From the IMG/VR virus record IMGVR_UViG_3300050196_000040: 51,673 nt of DNA; one strand, 5' to 3'. A program made the position numbers and the translations under genes. Origin of the DNA: a virus. Shown one piece after another: positions 1 to 9,438 of the stretch (positions are counted from its first letter, which is position 1; every line of letters begins with the position of its first letter). The notes beneath the pieces were generated by a model, which saw only the letters and a list, made by a program, of their open reading frames with translations, did no database searches and had not been told where the DNA came from.

Positions 1-127
1 GTTAGCCGCCCTAGTCGGAGGTGGGGGAAGTCCACTAGCCATTATTGAGTTCCTTTATTAATATCAATCTCGAATCCTTCCAATCTTATTCCATAAGAAG
101 GGTCTGTAAACGAAATTCTAAATGCTC
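1..127. repeat. Exact copy of 51547..51673 (overlap of a circular or terminally redundant genome)
   Basis: First 127 nt (gttagccgccctagtcgg...ctaaatgctc) are identical to the last 127 nt of the window; unique length 51546 bp. Confidence 0.95.
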
Positions 128-1661
128 TACGTCTAAAACTACCAAGTTGGGTTATTGCAAAAAAGTCTAAATTAAACGTAATGGTTCGATCTGCAACCCA
201 CGTTGAGTAGTCATTATCAGTCCATGAAACCAACACTGTACTTGTGGTACTAGGGGTGTCTCCTAGCAAACTAAATCTAGAGCAAGTCTTTAAGTTGTAA
301 ACATCAAAATCATACTTAGGAGTAATAATCTGACAGGTGTATGCCCCTCCATTATCTGAATGAAAGTCCTCACTCATTGCAGATATTAAACCAGTATTTG
401 ACTGGATGTATGGAGTTCCATTTGGACCATCGCAACTTCGTTTAATATAACTGCTGGTCCACTCATACCACATTTGTGTGTCAAAACTATAAACTAAGAT
501 TATGTTGGACAAACAAAGTACATATAACTTTTGTCCACCTGAACGTAGGGAGAAAGCTGTGGCAAATGTAAGGGTTGCACCCTCTGCTCTAAGAATTCCT
601 CGAATAGAAGGAGTGCCAATTTCATTCTCTTTAAATCCATCAATAGTCCATACAGTATGCCCACCATTAGAAGTGGCACCAACCAATACAACTTCTTTTT
701 CTGTTTGGACAACACTATCGGCAGCAGGAGTTCCAAATTGCTGAACAGCACTATCATGCCTAGCTAGGGGAGTAGTAGTTCCTCCAGCATCATAAAAATA
801 CTCTACTGAACTAGTTCCAACAGCATAGATATAGTTATTATTCTTAGACAGGGTGACAATTTTATCTGGGTACATTTCAGCAGAGATAAAATTACCTGCT
901 GTCCATAAACCCCCATTATCCAAATCGCTATTATAAATATCTTCAGAATTAGCCTTAGCTAAGAAGATATAACCATCCAAAAATAAAGGAGCCGGGATAT
1001 GTGGAGAAGGAAAGGCTAATTCTCCGCATGACCAAGTAACCCCACCATCCACAACAGTAGCTCCAATAGTAGTAGGCCAAGTAGGTTGACTTGCTCCAGT
1101 GTTGGCTACAGTAGCTTGAATTGCGGTGTAAACTTTACCATTATCCACAGTAGGTCTACACTTTGCTCCTGTAGATATAGACGTAGATGCAGTCCATGCA
1201 GTTTCAAGAGCAGAAGAAATTAGTGTGGGAGCAACAGTGGGGCTAGTAAAAATATACCCATTTGTTCCATCACACATAAACAATGTAACAATCCCTAAAG
1301 AGGAGACATGCTCAGTAAAACCAACCGTACCAGTTGTTGTTGCTAATGTCAGTAGAAGTTGGTCATTATAGTATAAGTTAGCACCAGCAACAGAGATAGT
1401 ATACCCAACATTATTGTATACCCAGTAGTAACATCCACGCCCCTCTCCGTTTGATATTCCCCATACTGTGGACAACCCTGGCCGAGACTTAGCATAGATA
1501 CGTTGATTTTGTTTATCTGGAGTATCCAAGACCTCTACTATCATATTTACAAGTCTTGAGTCTTTTGTAAGATCAGAGCCAGTTCTATGCTGAGGAGCAA
1601 TTACAAAGTTCTGTCTTTTTGTCTCATAGGTAGAAACACTAGGAGATTTACTATATGGCAC
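42..1661 (-). CDS. Virion protein, putative tail tubular protein B / nozzle (T7 gp12-like by position)
   Basis: 539-aa ORF directly downstream of the gp11-like adaptor; stop overlaps the ATG of the next virion gene across the circular junction (TAATG at 40-44); function by position only. Confidence 0.4.
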   Translation of the reverse strand: MPYSKSPSVSTYETKRQNFVIAPQHRTGSDLTKDSRLVNMIVEVLDTPDKQNQRIYAKSRPGLSTVWGISNGEGRGCYYWVYNNVGYTISVAGANLYYNDQLLLTLATTTGTVGFTEHVSSLGIVTLFMCDGTNGYIFTSPTVAPTLISSALETAWTASTSISTGAKCRPTVDNGKVYTAIQATVANTGASQPTWPTTIGATVVDGGVTWSCGELAFPSPHIPAPLFLDGYIFLAKANSEDIYNSDLDNGGLWTAGNFISAEMYPDKIVTLSKNNNYIYAVGTSSVEYFYDAGGTTTPLARHDSAVQQFGTPAADSVVQTEKEVVLVGATSNGGHTVWTIDGFKENEIGTPSIRGILRAEGATLTFATAFSLRSGGQKLYVLCLSNIILVYSFDTQMWYEWTSSYIKRSCDGPNGTPYIQSNTGLISAMSEDFHSDNGGAYTCQIITPKYDFDVYNLKTCSRFSLLGDTPSTTSTVLVSWTDNDYSTWVADRTITFNLDFFAITQLGSFRRRAFRISFTDPSYGIRLEGFEIDINKGTQ

Positions 1662-1666
1662 CTTAT

Positions 1667-2377
1667 TTATCTCCTATAGGACTCATCTGGCATAATAAAC
1701 AAACTACCTTCTTCTTCTCCATAAGAAAGTGCCGCACCATGGAAATACTCAGCATTTTTTTGGTACTCTTGCCTATCCATGACAGGTATTCCATACTCAT
1801 AGCTAAGACGCCAAGCCAAGCCATAAATGATTGCTTCGGTCCAGTAAGGAGGAAAGTCTACATCATCTGTAGAAGCTACCATATCCTCAAAGGGTCTTTG
1901 GTAAACAATAGTGACTGTAGTATTACTATCAGCAGGAACAGGCCACAAACGAATAGTACCAAAGGTAGCAAAAGGCTGATAGAACAGATTAACAGGCTCA
2001 CCAGATGTAGCATTGATAGGAAGAAGGTTAAAGTCATAATGAGTATAAATATTCAAAGGAATATTGCTTGCACCTGTGTTTTCAATCCTATACCCTTGTA
2101 CAACTTTCATTGGCATTGGAGTTGCTAATGTTTGCCCATTGCCAATATTGTAACTAGATTGATTTGCCACAGTGGAGAATGTATACTCTTTAATTGCCCA
2201 AAGAGGCATTCCATCCACCATGAAGCCTTTAAGCATTACATTAAGGGCTTCAGCGGCATCAGTAATTTGAGTAGCTGATGCTGTACCACCACTCGGTAGA
2301 ACTGCCAGCTTACGCAAAGCAGCATTAATAATAGCATCACGTTTAAGTGACCAAGTTGTAGTTCCAGACGTACTCAT
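1667..2377 (-). CDS. Tail tubular protein A / adaptor (T7 gp11-like)
   Basis: 236 aa; N-terminus (DAIINAALRKLAV..ALNVMLKGFMVDGMPLW) and C-terminus (YWTEAIIYGLAWRLSYEYG) follow the T7 gp11 pattern by eye. Confidence 0.45.
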   Translation of the reverse strand: MSTSGTTTWSLKRDAIINAALRKLAVLPSGGTASATQITDAAEALNVMLKGFMVDGMPLWAIKEYTFSTVANQSSYNIGNGQTLATPMPMKVVQGYRIENTGASNIPLNIYTHYDFNLLPINATSGEPVNLFYQPFATFGTIRLWPVPADSNTTVTIVYQRPFEDMVASTDDVDFPPYWTEAIIYGLAWRLSYEYGIPVMDRQEYQKNAEYFHGAALSYGEEEGSLFIMPDESYRR

Positions 2378-2385
2378 GTAATTCC

Positions 2386-2784
2386 TTACTTATGTGTTAC
2401 AGCAGCAACACCATTAATCTTTTCAGCAGTGCGCAACGAACCAAGTCCCAGCATACCAAGCAAAATAGGCGTCATCTCACTTATGTCTGCTGGCTGAATG
2501 CTTAAGACATGACCCAAGTATGTGGCAATGAATAGCGCAATCTTCAGCCCAATCCAGTTCCAAGCACATGCCATTCCACACACCCATCCTATGAATGGAC
2601 GCCAGCCCGACACAAATACCGAAGGGGATTTGGCTTCCTCTTTGTTCGTATCTATTTGCCCTTGAACAACCATAACAGCAGCAGCAATTTGTTGCTTCTC
2701 TTGCTCAGATTTGTCAGGCCAAATCTTATTCACCACATTAGTAGCAAAATCTGCCACTGCTCCGATACCAGTTATGTCTGCCAT
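2386..2784 (-). CDS. Holin, 3-TM GTA-type holin family-like
   Basis: Start moved to ATG 2784 (MADITG..); KIWPDKSEQEKQ, EAKSPSVFVSGWRPFIGWVCG followed by hydrophobic helices resemble the 3-TM gene-transfer-agent holin family. Confidence 0.55.
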   Translation of the reverse strand: MADITGIGAVADFATNVVNKIWPDKSEQEKQQIAAAVMVVQGQIDTNKEEAKSPSVFVSGWRPFIGWVCGMACAWNWIGLKIALFIATYLGHVLSIQPADISEMTPILLGMLGLGSLRTAEKINGVAAVTHK

Positions 2785-2785
2785 G

Positions 2786-2953
2786 TTAAACTTTCTTTTT
2801 ATAAAACTTCTTGTATACCCACTCTCCAATAAGGAGACAAGTATATATTGCGGCTAAAGCCGACGCTGCATCTGCCCAAGAAGTTATTCCGACAGCCGCC
2901 CATACAGAAACGAGTTTCAGAACAGGTTCTCCTATTGAGTTGTTATCATGCAT
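2786..2953 (-). CDS. Small membrane protein (55 aa), not in ORF track; possible holin partner
   Basis: ATG 2953 overlaps the upstream stop (ATGCATGA); ends 1 nt before the holin ATG; one hydrophobic helix (WAAVGITSWADAASALAAIYTCLLIG) plus a basic tail KKFYKKKV; fills an otherwise empty 116-nt gap. Confidence 0.45.
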   Translation of the reverse strand: MHDNNSIGEPVLKLVSVWAAVGITSWADAASALAAIYTCLLIGEWVYKKFYKKKV

Positions 2954-3275
2954 TTAAGACCGCCTGTATATGGGAGTGAGCTGGGTCCACTCGGTTGATA
3001 GCAAGGCCAATTTGAATGCAGAGGTCTTTAGTGATGATTTCATCATCGTCTTTTATACATAGACGCTCTAAGCGTGTAGAGAATGTCCACTCTTGAAACC
3101 ACCCACCGCCAAGCACCAAAGGCACTGTGGTGTTATTCATAATAACATCGGCAATTAAACCAAGCAAAGCAAAAGGAAACAAATAAAAATATCGCTTAGG
3201 ATTGTACACAAACCAAAGCATTGGCTTGAGCATAAGAATTAACAAATCAATCACAATATTGCCCCCAGAGCCCAC
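2946..3275 (-). CDS. Hypothetical membrane protein
   Basis: 109-aa ORF with hydrophobic N-terminal half (IVIDLLILMLKPMLWFV.., LFPFALLGLIADVI); in-operon position. Confidence 0.5.
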   Translation of the reverse strand: MGSGGNIVIDLLILMLKPMLWFVYNPKRYFYLFPFALLGLIADVIMNNTTVPLVLGGGWFQEWTFSTRLERLCIKDDDEIITKDLCIQIGLAINRVDPAHSHIQAVLNA

Positions 3276-3613
3276 AGTGCGTCCAATTGCTCAGCGGATT
3301 GACTAAGTGCATCACCCATGCTGACAACAGCAGGGTGCAGGCGCTCAAAGGTTTGTGACCATTCCCACCAATCTTTCAAATCTTGGTCACCAGCGGCTAC
3401 TGCTGCCTCCACGGTTGTGCGAAGGCCAATTCGAGTCAGGGCCATGCGGATTTGTCGGGGAGTAAGTGGGGGTATTGGGGCGGGGATTGGAGTTGGTCGT
3501 AATGCATCCGCATCTGCATCAGATATTAGCTCGCACTGCGGAAGCCATATGGTGGCGTCTACCCCATCATCCAGCCAATAAATTTGATTCAATGAGTCTT
3601 TGAAGTGTGGCAT
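3251..3613 (-). CDS. Hypothetical protein, possible tail-fibre assembly/chaperone
   Basis: 120 aa immediately downstream of a tail-fibre gene; Pro-rich linker then helical C-terminal domain; GC-rich island; function by position. Confidence 0.3.
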   Translation of the reverse strand: MPHFKDSLNQIYWLDDGVDATIWLPQCELISDADADALRPTPIPAPIPPLTPRQIRMALTRIGLRTTVEAAVAAGDQDLKDWWEWSQTFERLHPAVVSMGDALSQSAEQLDALWALGAIL

Positions 3614-3622
3614 CTAGTTTCC

Positions 3623-4246
3623 TTAGACGGTCTCCGTCCATGTAGTAATCGTTGATGCACCACTGGTGAGTTGGTAGGTAGCTCCGACAGGAACCATCCC
3701 CCCTCCATTCCAAATACCGCCGGAGCTGTAATAAGCAACGACCACTCCAGCAATCAAAAGTTGCGCATTTGTTGCTGTGTTCGTTGCGACATTGAGCATG
3801 AAAGGCTTTCCGGTGGAGTTGGTGTAAATGGTTCCAACTACTCGACTGCCAACAAAACTGGTTGGTGTCTGACCTCCACCAGGTGATGCGGATTGCACCA
3901 TCGCAGTGGTTGCAATGTTTGTACTGTTGTCTGTTCTCGCTTGAGTTGTTGAAGTGCTTGCGCTTGATGCACTTCCAGACACGTTGCCAGTTACATTTCC
4001 CGTTAATGGACCGGCGAATGCTGGAGCTGTAACTGTTCCGGTGAATGTGGGCGATGCGATGGGTGCGGCACCAATGTTAGTTCTAGCAGTTGTTATATTT
4101 GTTAAGTCGGATAAATTGTTAGCTTTTTGAGCAGCACCAGCTACTAAGCCTGCTAAAGGGGGGACAGTCACATATGTTGAGGCATTAACATCATTAAGCC
4201 AAGGAGAGTCAATGACGGTTCCGCTTGTGAAAGTTTTAGAAGTCAT
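3623..4246 (-). CDS. Tail fibre protein 2
   Basis: 207 aa; N-terminus ..SPWLNDVNASTY shared (26 identical nt) with 4280..5269; Gly/Ser/Thr/Ala-rich repeats (TGNVTGNVSGSASS). Confidence 0.6.
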   Translation of the reverse strand: MTSKTFTSGTVIDSPWLNDVNASTYVTVPPLAGLVAGAAQKANNLSDLTNITTARTNIGAAPIASPTFTGTVTAPAFAGPLTGNVTGNVSGSASSASTSTTQARTDNSTNIATTAMVQSASPGGGQTPTSFVGSRVVGTIYTNSTGKPFMLNVATNTATNAQLLIAGVVVAYYSSGGIWNGGGMVPVGATYQLTSGASTITTWTETV

Positions 4247-4279
4247 ACGTGTTTCCTATTGGATAAAGTAATTTAGACA

Positions 4280-5269
4280 TTAGGAAATACTTCCTTTGAT
4301 GATTGCAAAATTGATTTTTACAGCATCAGACAAACTTCCGGCAGATAAATTTCTAAGTATTATCTGTGCTGACCCAGCATTAACAACTGCTGTGGCAAGG
4401 TAAGGCGAGTAACTCACCCCGTTTTCCGTAAAAGTAACTACTAGTTGGTCTGCTACAGCTAAGAGAGAGTTATTTAACTGAAACTGAATTGCAGTAGCAG
4501 CAGCCAAAGCTGCGTTGTTCATTGTAATTTGGCCTGTGGGCTTATTCAATGTAACCGCAGTGGATTTAGAAGTAATCTGAGTAACAGTTCCACCCGCACC
4601 TGTTCCGTAGCCTAGACCACCAGCAGCCTCTGTATGTAGAGTATTACCCAACGTATCCATAAGAATTCGTTGAATACCTTGTACCCCAAGCCTATGCGGG
4701 ACATTTGTAGTTGTATATGCATGATAATCCGTAACAGACATATTCAAGTACACAGAACCAAAACTACTTGTCAATTGTGCATAAGCCCCACTAAGTCTGG
4801 TAATTGAAAAGGGGGCAGTAGGAGTTCCACCAATACCAACAGCCCCAGAAGAATCAATAACCATCGCATCTGTGGCACCACTATTTACTACAAATCTCAC
4901 AGACTTAGGTCCATACGTCCCAAGCACCAAGTCCGTACTAGCAGCAGCTACATAAGCATTTCCTGCTTGACTAAAACTACCTGTTCCAGTAAACGTGGAA
5001 CTATTGATACCCATTTCCACAAAGTTAGTTGTGGCTGATGCTACATCATTACTAACATTAAAATTAGCAGAAGCATTGGTTGCATTAGACTTGTTTTGTA
5101 CAATAAGTTGATTGTAACCAGCAGTGGTGGAAGTAAAACTACCCACAGTGCCAGTATCTACATAACTAATTGTAGGACCAAACAATCCTTGGTAAGTTGA
5201 GGCATTAACATCATTAAGCCAGTCAGCTTGAATAGGGGTTACGTTGTTTACAAACGTAGTGGTTGTCAT
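4280..5269 (-). CDS. Tail fibre protein 1
   Basis: 329 aa; N-terminus FVNNVTPIQADWLNDVNASTY; beta-rich S/T/G/A composition. Confidence 0.6.
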   Translation of the reverse strand: MTTTTFVNNVTPIQADWLNDVNASTYQGLFGPTISYVDTGTVGSFTSTTAGYNQLIVQNKSNATNASANFNVSNDVASATTNFVEMGINSSTFTGTGSFSQAGNAYVAAASTDLVLGTYGPKSVRFVVNSGATDAMVIDSSGAVGIGGTPTAPFSITRLSGAYAQLTSSFGSVYLNMSVTDYHAYTTTNVPHRLGVQGIQRILMDTLGNTLHTEAAGGLGYGTGAGGTVTQITSKSTAVTLNKPTGQITMNNAALAAATAIQFQLNNSLLAVADQLVVTFTENGVSYSPYLATAVVNAGSAQIILRNLSAGSLSDAVKINFAIIKGSIS

Positions 5270-5652
5270 ATATTTATTACTCCAGTAATTGCTCTGCCAG
5301 CTATTGCTACACCAGCAACTGCAAGAGGATTGAACACATTAATTAAAACAGGTATGCTAGTATTACCACCAACAAAAGCACAGTCAGCTACACCAAAATC
5401 TGCCATAGGACTACTATTCCATATGTCACAAAATGGACTAATAAAAGTATCTGCAATAGGCTCAGGACGTGGAATAGGGACAGTTTGTTTATCCCCATGC
5501 ACTTTAAGAGAAAGTTGTGGGTGTTTGATTTCAAAGTCTTCAGTACAAACAAAGAACCCATCCCAACGTTTACGCATGGTAGAGGCTTTAAACTTCCTAC
5601 CACAACTATCACAAATCGCATTCCAATCGCCAAGTTTAAGCCAATTTTGCAT
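5266..5652 (-). CDS. Tail-associated protein with Cys-rich (zinc-ribbon-like) segment
   Basis: 128 aa; CDSCGRKFKASTMRKRWDGFFVCTEDFEIKHPQ motif recurs in tail-module proteins of podophages (from memory); ATGA-type overlap with the next gene. Confidence 0.4.
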   Translation of the reverse strand: MQNWLKLGDWNAICDSCGRKFKASTMRKRWDGFFVCTEDFEIKHPQLSLKVHGDKQTVPIPRPEPIADTFISPFCDIWNSSPMADFGVADCAFVGGNTSIPVLINVFNPLAVAGVAIAGRAITGVINI

Positions 5653-5940
5653 TTAAAGTCCTATACGCATAGAAAGAGCAATCTTACTACTTTTAGCTAG
5701 AACAATAGGTGCCCCAACCCAGATTAGATTTACTTGGTTTAGTATAACTGGAATGTTAAGTTTGTCTACTATAAGACTATACACACCAGTTAAAGTGAGA
5801 ACAATATTACCTAGTCCTATAGGAATAGACATACTATCTACAACAAGTGTATACGTCCCTATAGGAGCAGCAGTAGGAAGAAACCGTTGGTAAACCCTAG
5901 CTAATTGTACGGGCCTACGTCTAAAGAGACTTGCCCGCAT
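5653..5940 (-). CDS. Hypothetical virion protein
   Basis: 95-aa ORF tightly packed in the tail module. Confidence 0.4.
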   Translation of the reverse strand: MRASLFRRRPVQLARVYQRFLPTAAPIGTYTLVVDSMSIPIGLGNIVLTLTGVYSLIVDKLNIPVILNQVNLIWVGAPIVLAKSSKIALSMRIGL

Positions 5941-5942
5941 GA

Positions 5943-6410
5943 TTAACCGATCTCTTGGATAACTGCGTAGCCAGACATGGTGATAGAGTCAGCAGGAGTG
6001 CTATTAAGTACAACACAGAGACGACGACCAGCACCAAAGATAATTTGCATTTGTTCTGGAAGAATTACATCCATACCAACACGCTCATTCCAACTATAAG
6101 CATAATGGGTAAGGATAGTACCAGCAGAGGCTTTAGTTGTGTCATTAACTCGAGCTGTAAATCCAGCCGCACTTGCTGCTCCATCGTTTGCGCTAGGAGT
6201 TGGGGCAGAGCCACCTGAGCCAGTTGATGTTGCTCCAGATTGAACCAAGATTTGCAAAAGTTCTTCTTGTGCATCACCAGTATCAGAAGATTGAGAAATA
6301 CCAAACCCCAAAAGAACACATTGTTTACTAGAATGAGCAACAATATCAAAAAGGTCTTGTTGCGCCGTTACTGCAACATTATTAAACTGAACGGTGTAAA
6401 TACCTGACAT
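5943..6410 (-). CDS. Hypothetical virion protein
   Basis: 155-aa ORF in the tail module, RBS-spaced after the upstream stop. Confidence 0.5.
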   Translation of the reverse strand: MSGIYTVQFNNVAVTAQQDLFDIVAHSSKQCVLLGFGISQSSDTGDAQEELLQILVQSGATSTGSGGSAPTPSANDGAASAAGFTARVNDTTKASAGTILTHYAYSWNERVGMDVILPEQMQIIFGAGRRLCVVLNSTPADSITMSGYAVIQEIG

Positions 6411-6421
6411 ATTAGTGTCCT

Positions 6422-7114
6422 TTAAAAAGAAAGAAGAGAAGAGAAACTAGAACCACGTCCAGTATTAAAGCTAGACCCAAATAAAACATTACTAGGAGTA
6501 GATGCTACTGCTGCTGCATAAGTGACAATTTCAACAGGAGAATTTCCCCCACCAGATATTGGAAAGCTTAAAGTTTGTGACCCTGCTGCCGCAAACGTCC
6601 CGTAATATGGGAAGTAACCAGAGGGTAGATGCGATGTCGAATAGGTCAGTATCGGGGTTGTTGAGCCGGTCGGAGAGTTAGCACCAGACTTCAGTGCGCC
6701 AAACACAAAATCACCAGCCGCAGGGATGACTGCGGTATAGGTCATTGTGGTGGCGAAACCAGCAGTATTTGCAAGTTCTGCGGTGTAATCAGGGGCAGCA
6801 ATCGCAAGTCCTGATATTTCCTGCACAAATAATTCTTGATTGGATGCCGATGACCCAACCAGTGTTACACCAGTGAGCCCTGATGGGATGCTGCTAAATC
6901 GATATACGAAGTAGTCGCCAGATGGTGAGGTGTAGTCAAGTACACCGCTTGCCCCAAGATTGGTTTGCAGCGATGTGAATGTGCCAGCAGCCAAGCCAAC
7001 ACCAACCAGCAGCGTATTGCCAGTAGTGCTGCCTGAAAGCGTCTTGGTAATGGTTGTCCCGTTGACTCCACCGGGAGTCCCAACTGGGTATGTGTTTACA
7101 ACTGTGATGGTCAT
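6422..7114 (-). CDS. Tail fibre/receptor-binding accessory protein
   Basis: 230 aa, S/T/G-rich beta-type sequence; overlaps the depolymerase gene stop; GC-rich island. Confidence 0.4.
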   Translation of the reverse strand: MTITVVNTYPVGTPGGVNGTTITKTLSGSTTGNTLLVGVGLAAGTFTSLQTNLGASGVLDYTSPSGDYFVYRFSSIPSGLTGVTLVGSSASNQELFVQEISGLAIAAPDYTAELANTAGFATTMTYTAVIPAAGDFVFGALKSGANSPTGSTTPILTYSTSHLPSGYFPYYGTFAAAGSQTLSFPISGGGNSPVEIVTYAAAVASTPSNVLFGSSFNTGRGSSFSSLLSF

Positions 7115-9438
7115 GCGATTACTACGGTAGATAGGCTAAATGTGCCAGATACGCAGCGAATAGTTACGCCATGCGTTCCGGGTGAAAGTGTCGGGGTCGT
7201 AAATGCAGATGTTGTCCCAGAGGACGGCATGGAGACAGTTCCGATAGATACGCCATCAACAACAATATCGGCAATACCGCTTGATGATGCTGCGCTGGTC
7301 AGTGCGATGGTGAAAGTACGTGCGCTTGCAACAAGCACCGGGTATCCATTCCACGACGACTGAACCATGTTTGTACCGCCGCCTGCAATCCAGTTTGGCG
7401 GGATGGTCTGCGCACTTCCTGCGATAGTTGCGGGGATGGCTGTACCATATGTCGATGTGGCCCTTGTAGATGCCGACACCACTGCAATACCAGTCATCTT
7501 TGGAGACGATGGCGTGATAACGTCCGTCATCATTGCCCACTGGTAGTAGTCTGTATTTGCTGAAAGCGTGAAGTACATCAGCAGGTCGCCGCCATTCTGG
7601 TCCCACACGGTCTGCTCTGTGGTGATTGCAGTTGCCATCCGAGAGTCAGACCACGATGCAAGCTGGGCTGCATCGCTTGCAGTGACTCCGGTCTTGTCTA
7701 GGCTCGGTCCACCCTCGTACGCGATGCGCTTTAACCCCAATGCAAGTGACAGGTCTAGATCGGCCTGAAGGTATGCAGGCCAACCTGAGTTCATTGTTGC
7801 GAAAATCTGGTCTACGGTGGTCTTGTCGGAAGGTCCGTAGTACGCCGATCCGCCTGCACCGTAGAAATAATAGCTTGGCAGGCGCGGCGTTGCAACTCTG
7901 GCGGGGTTTGCATAGTAGTTGAACATCAGGATAGCCTGCTGCAACGATGGGCCAAGCGCGTAGTAGAGCTGCGACATAAGGACAACGCGAATGGTGGTGT
8001 TCATGGCCGCATCGCCCCACACTCCACGGAATAGGTTGCTTATGTCCACGGAGCGCTTGGCAATCCGACGCCATGCCCAGACGCCTGTATTCGTTTCTCC
8101 GTCGAAGTTGATGGGCGACCCTCCCAATGCGACTTCAGAAGCAGCCAGTGCGGCGTTCTGAGGTGTCTGTGTGAATGCTCCGCTGTAGTTCCAAAGCTCA
8201 TTGGCGTACTCAACGTAGAGATGCAATCCTGAGTTCAACGGAGGGTAGACCGGGCTGGCCTGTACGCTGGTGTATGGATTCACGCCATCAGAGCCATACT
8301 TGGCAAGCTGCGCCATCTTCGTGATGTAGTCATCAGTCGCATTGACCGGGACATTTATCCACAGGTCTTTATTGGTCTGGTTTGCCAGCATCACGGCATA
8401 TTCAAGAGCGCCGCCACGGCCTTCATAACCCGGCGTCCATGTGGCAGCAGGATTACCCACGACTTGCGATGCGTGCGATGGGGTTGTCCGGTCTGCCCAG
8501 TTGGCACACATATTGCCATTGATGGCAAGGTAATCCATCGTGCGCAGGGTTGTGAAGTAACCAAGCGCGGAAATGAACTGGTCGCTAAATAGTTGCGTGG
8601 CCGGGAATGACGATGTGCCACCCAATGTAGTGGGCCGCATCAGTTTATAGTTTGCGAATCCGGTGTTGGTCGCAGAGCCACTGGTTTTCTTGGTGTTCGT
8701 GAAGACGATGAACAGACCTGTACCACCCGTATTGGCATACGTGATGGTCGCTGTAGTCGTGTTCGTCGTCGAGTTGTATGACTGCCCAACAACAACAGAC
8801 GATGACCCCACTGGGGTTATCGTGGCCTGCCCGGTGAAGCTCAAGGCGTAGTAGCCCTGCATGTTGCTGATACCAGCCCACATGTAGATTGAGCAGTCCT
8901 GATTAGGCCACCCGTTAGCGTCAAGCTGAGAGCCTGTTAGCTGCACTGTGTTTGCTGTGTCGCACCAGGCACGTGCCGACTTCATAGAGTCGGCAAATAT
9001 CCGCACGGTTTCATAGTCGCCAAGCGCGCCAATGTTGATGCCCATACGTGGCTTGATGCCGCCAAGCGTAAACGTATATGAAGGAGGGAATGTCTGCGTA
9101 TAGTTCTTTTCGTAGGTGAGAGCATCACCCGATATGGTCTGCATCACCCCGCCAGAGCGCACGTTGATGTAACCAGTGGCAAGCCCTGTGCTTGATGTGA
9201 CAGGAACGATCAAAGTGCCCTGAATATCCAGAGATGCGCAGACTGCGCTTGTCGTATCCAGATAGACTGTGTGGCCTGCTGCAATCGTTACCACGTCAGT
9301 GGCAATGGGAACTGCGCCGCCCCATGTTGTTGGGTCACTCCAAAGGTTTGTAATACTTGGAGTGCTAATAAATTTTCCTTTAGGCCCCATATTAGGAAGA
9401 TAACTACCTTTAGGTTTAAACAGAAATCCAGTACGCAT
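7111..9438 (-). CDS. Tailspike / polysaccharide depolymerase (G8-like N-terminal domain + clan GH-A-like glycosidase)
   Basis: 775 aa; WSDPTTWGGAVP..VTIAAGHTVYLD..LDIQGTL resembles a G8 domain; YVEYANELWN and RIAYEGGPS look like acid/base and nucleophile strands of a (beta/alpha)8 glycosidase; start may be Met17 (9390). Confidence 0.55.
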   Translation of the reverse strand: MRTGFLFKPKGSYLPNMGPKGKFISTPSITNLWSDPTTWGGAVPIATDVVTIAAGHTVYLDTTSAVCASLDIQGTLIVPVTSSTGLATGYINVRSGGVMQTISGDALTYEKNYTQTFPPSYTFTLGGIKPRMGINIGALGDYETVRIFADSMKSARAWCDTANTVQLTGSQLDANGWPNQDCSIYMWAGISNMQGYYALSFTGQATITPVGSSSVVVGQSYNSTTNTTTATITYANTGGTGLFIVFTNTKKTSGSATNTGFANYKLMRPTTLGGTSSFPATQLFSDQFISALGYFTTLRTMDYLAINGNMCANWADRTTPSHASQVVGNPAATWTPGYEGRGGALEYAVMLANQTNKDLWINVPVNATDDYITKMAQLAKYGSDGVNPYTSVQASPVYPPLNSGLHLYVEYANELWNYSGAFTQTPQNAALAASEVALGGSPINFDGETNTGVWAWRRIAKRSVDISNLFRGVWGDAAMNTTIRVVLMSQLYYALGPSLQQAILMFNYYANPARVATPRLPSYYFYGAGGSAYYGPSDKTTVDQIFATMNSGWPAYLQADLDLSLALGLKRIAYEGGPSLDKTGVTASDAAQLASWSDSRMATAITTEQTVWDQNGGDLLMYFTLSANTDYYQWAMMTDVITPSSPKMTGIAVVSASTRATSTYGTAIPATIAGSAQTIPPNWIAGGGTNMVQSSWNGYPVLVASARTFTIALTSAASSSGIADIVVDGVSIGTVSMPSSGTTSAFTTPTLSPGTHGVTIRCVSGTFSLSTVVIA

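Noticed and set aside
1-127. The 127-bp terminal duplication as a genuine direct terminal repeat
   Set aside because: Its length equals a common maximum assembler k-mer, and it cuts arbitrarily through a gene junction. It is treated as a circularisation artefact until read-level evidence says otherwise.
7142-8881. Many long ORFs in other frames or on the opposite strand inside the depolymerase gene (7142..7363, 7256..7606, 7646..8074, 8391..8621, 8645..8881 and others)
   Set aside because: They lie fully inside a 775-aa gene with clear domain motifs. They have Arg/Cys/His-rich nonsense composition. GC-rich, stop-poor DNA explains them.
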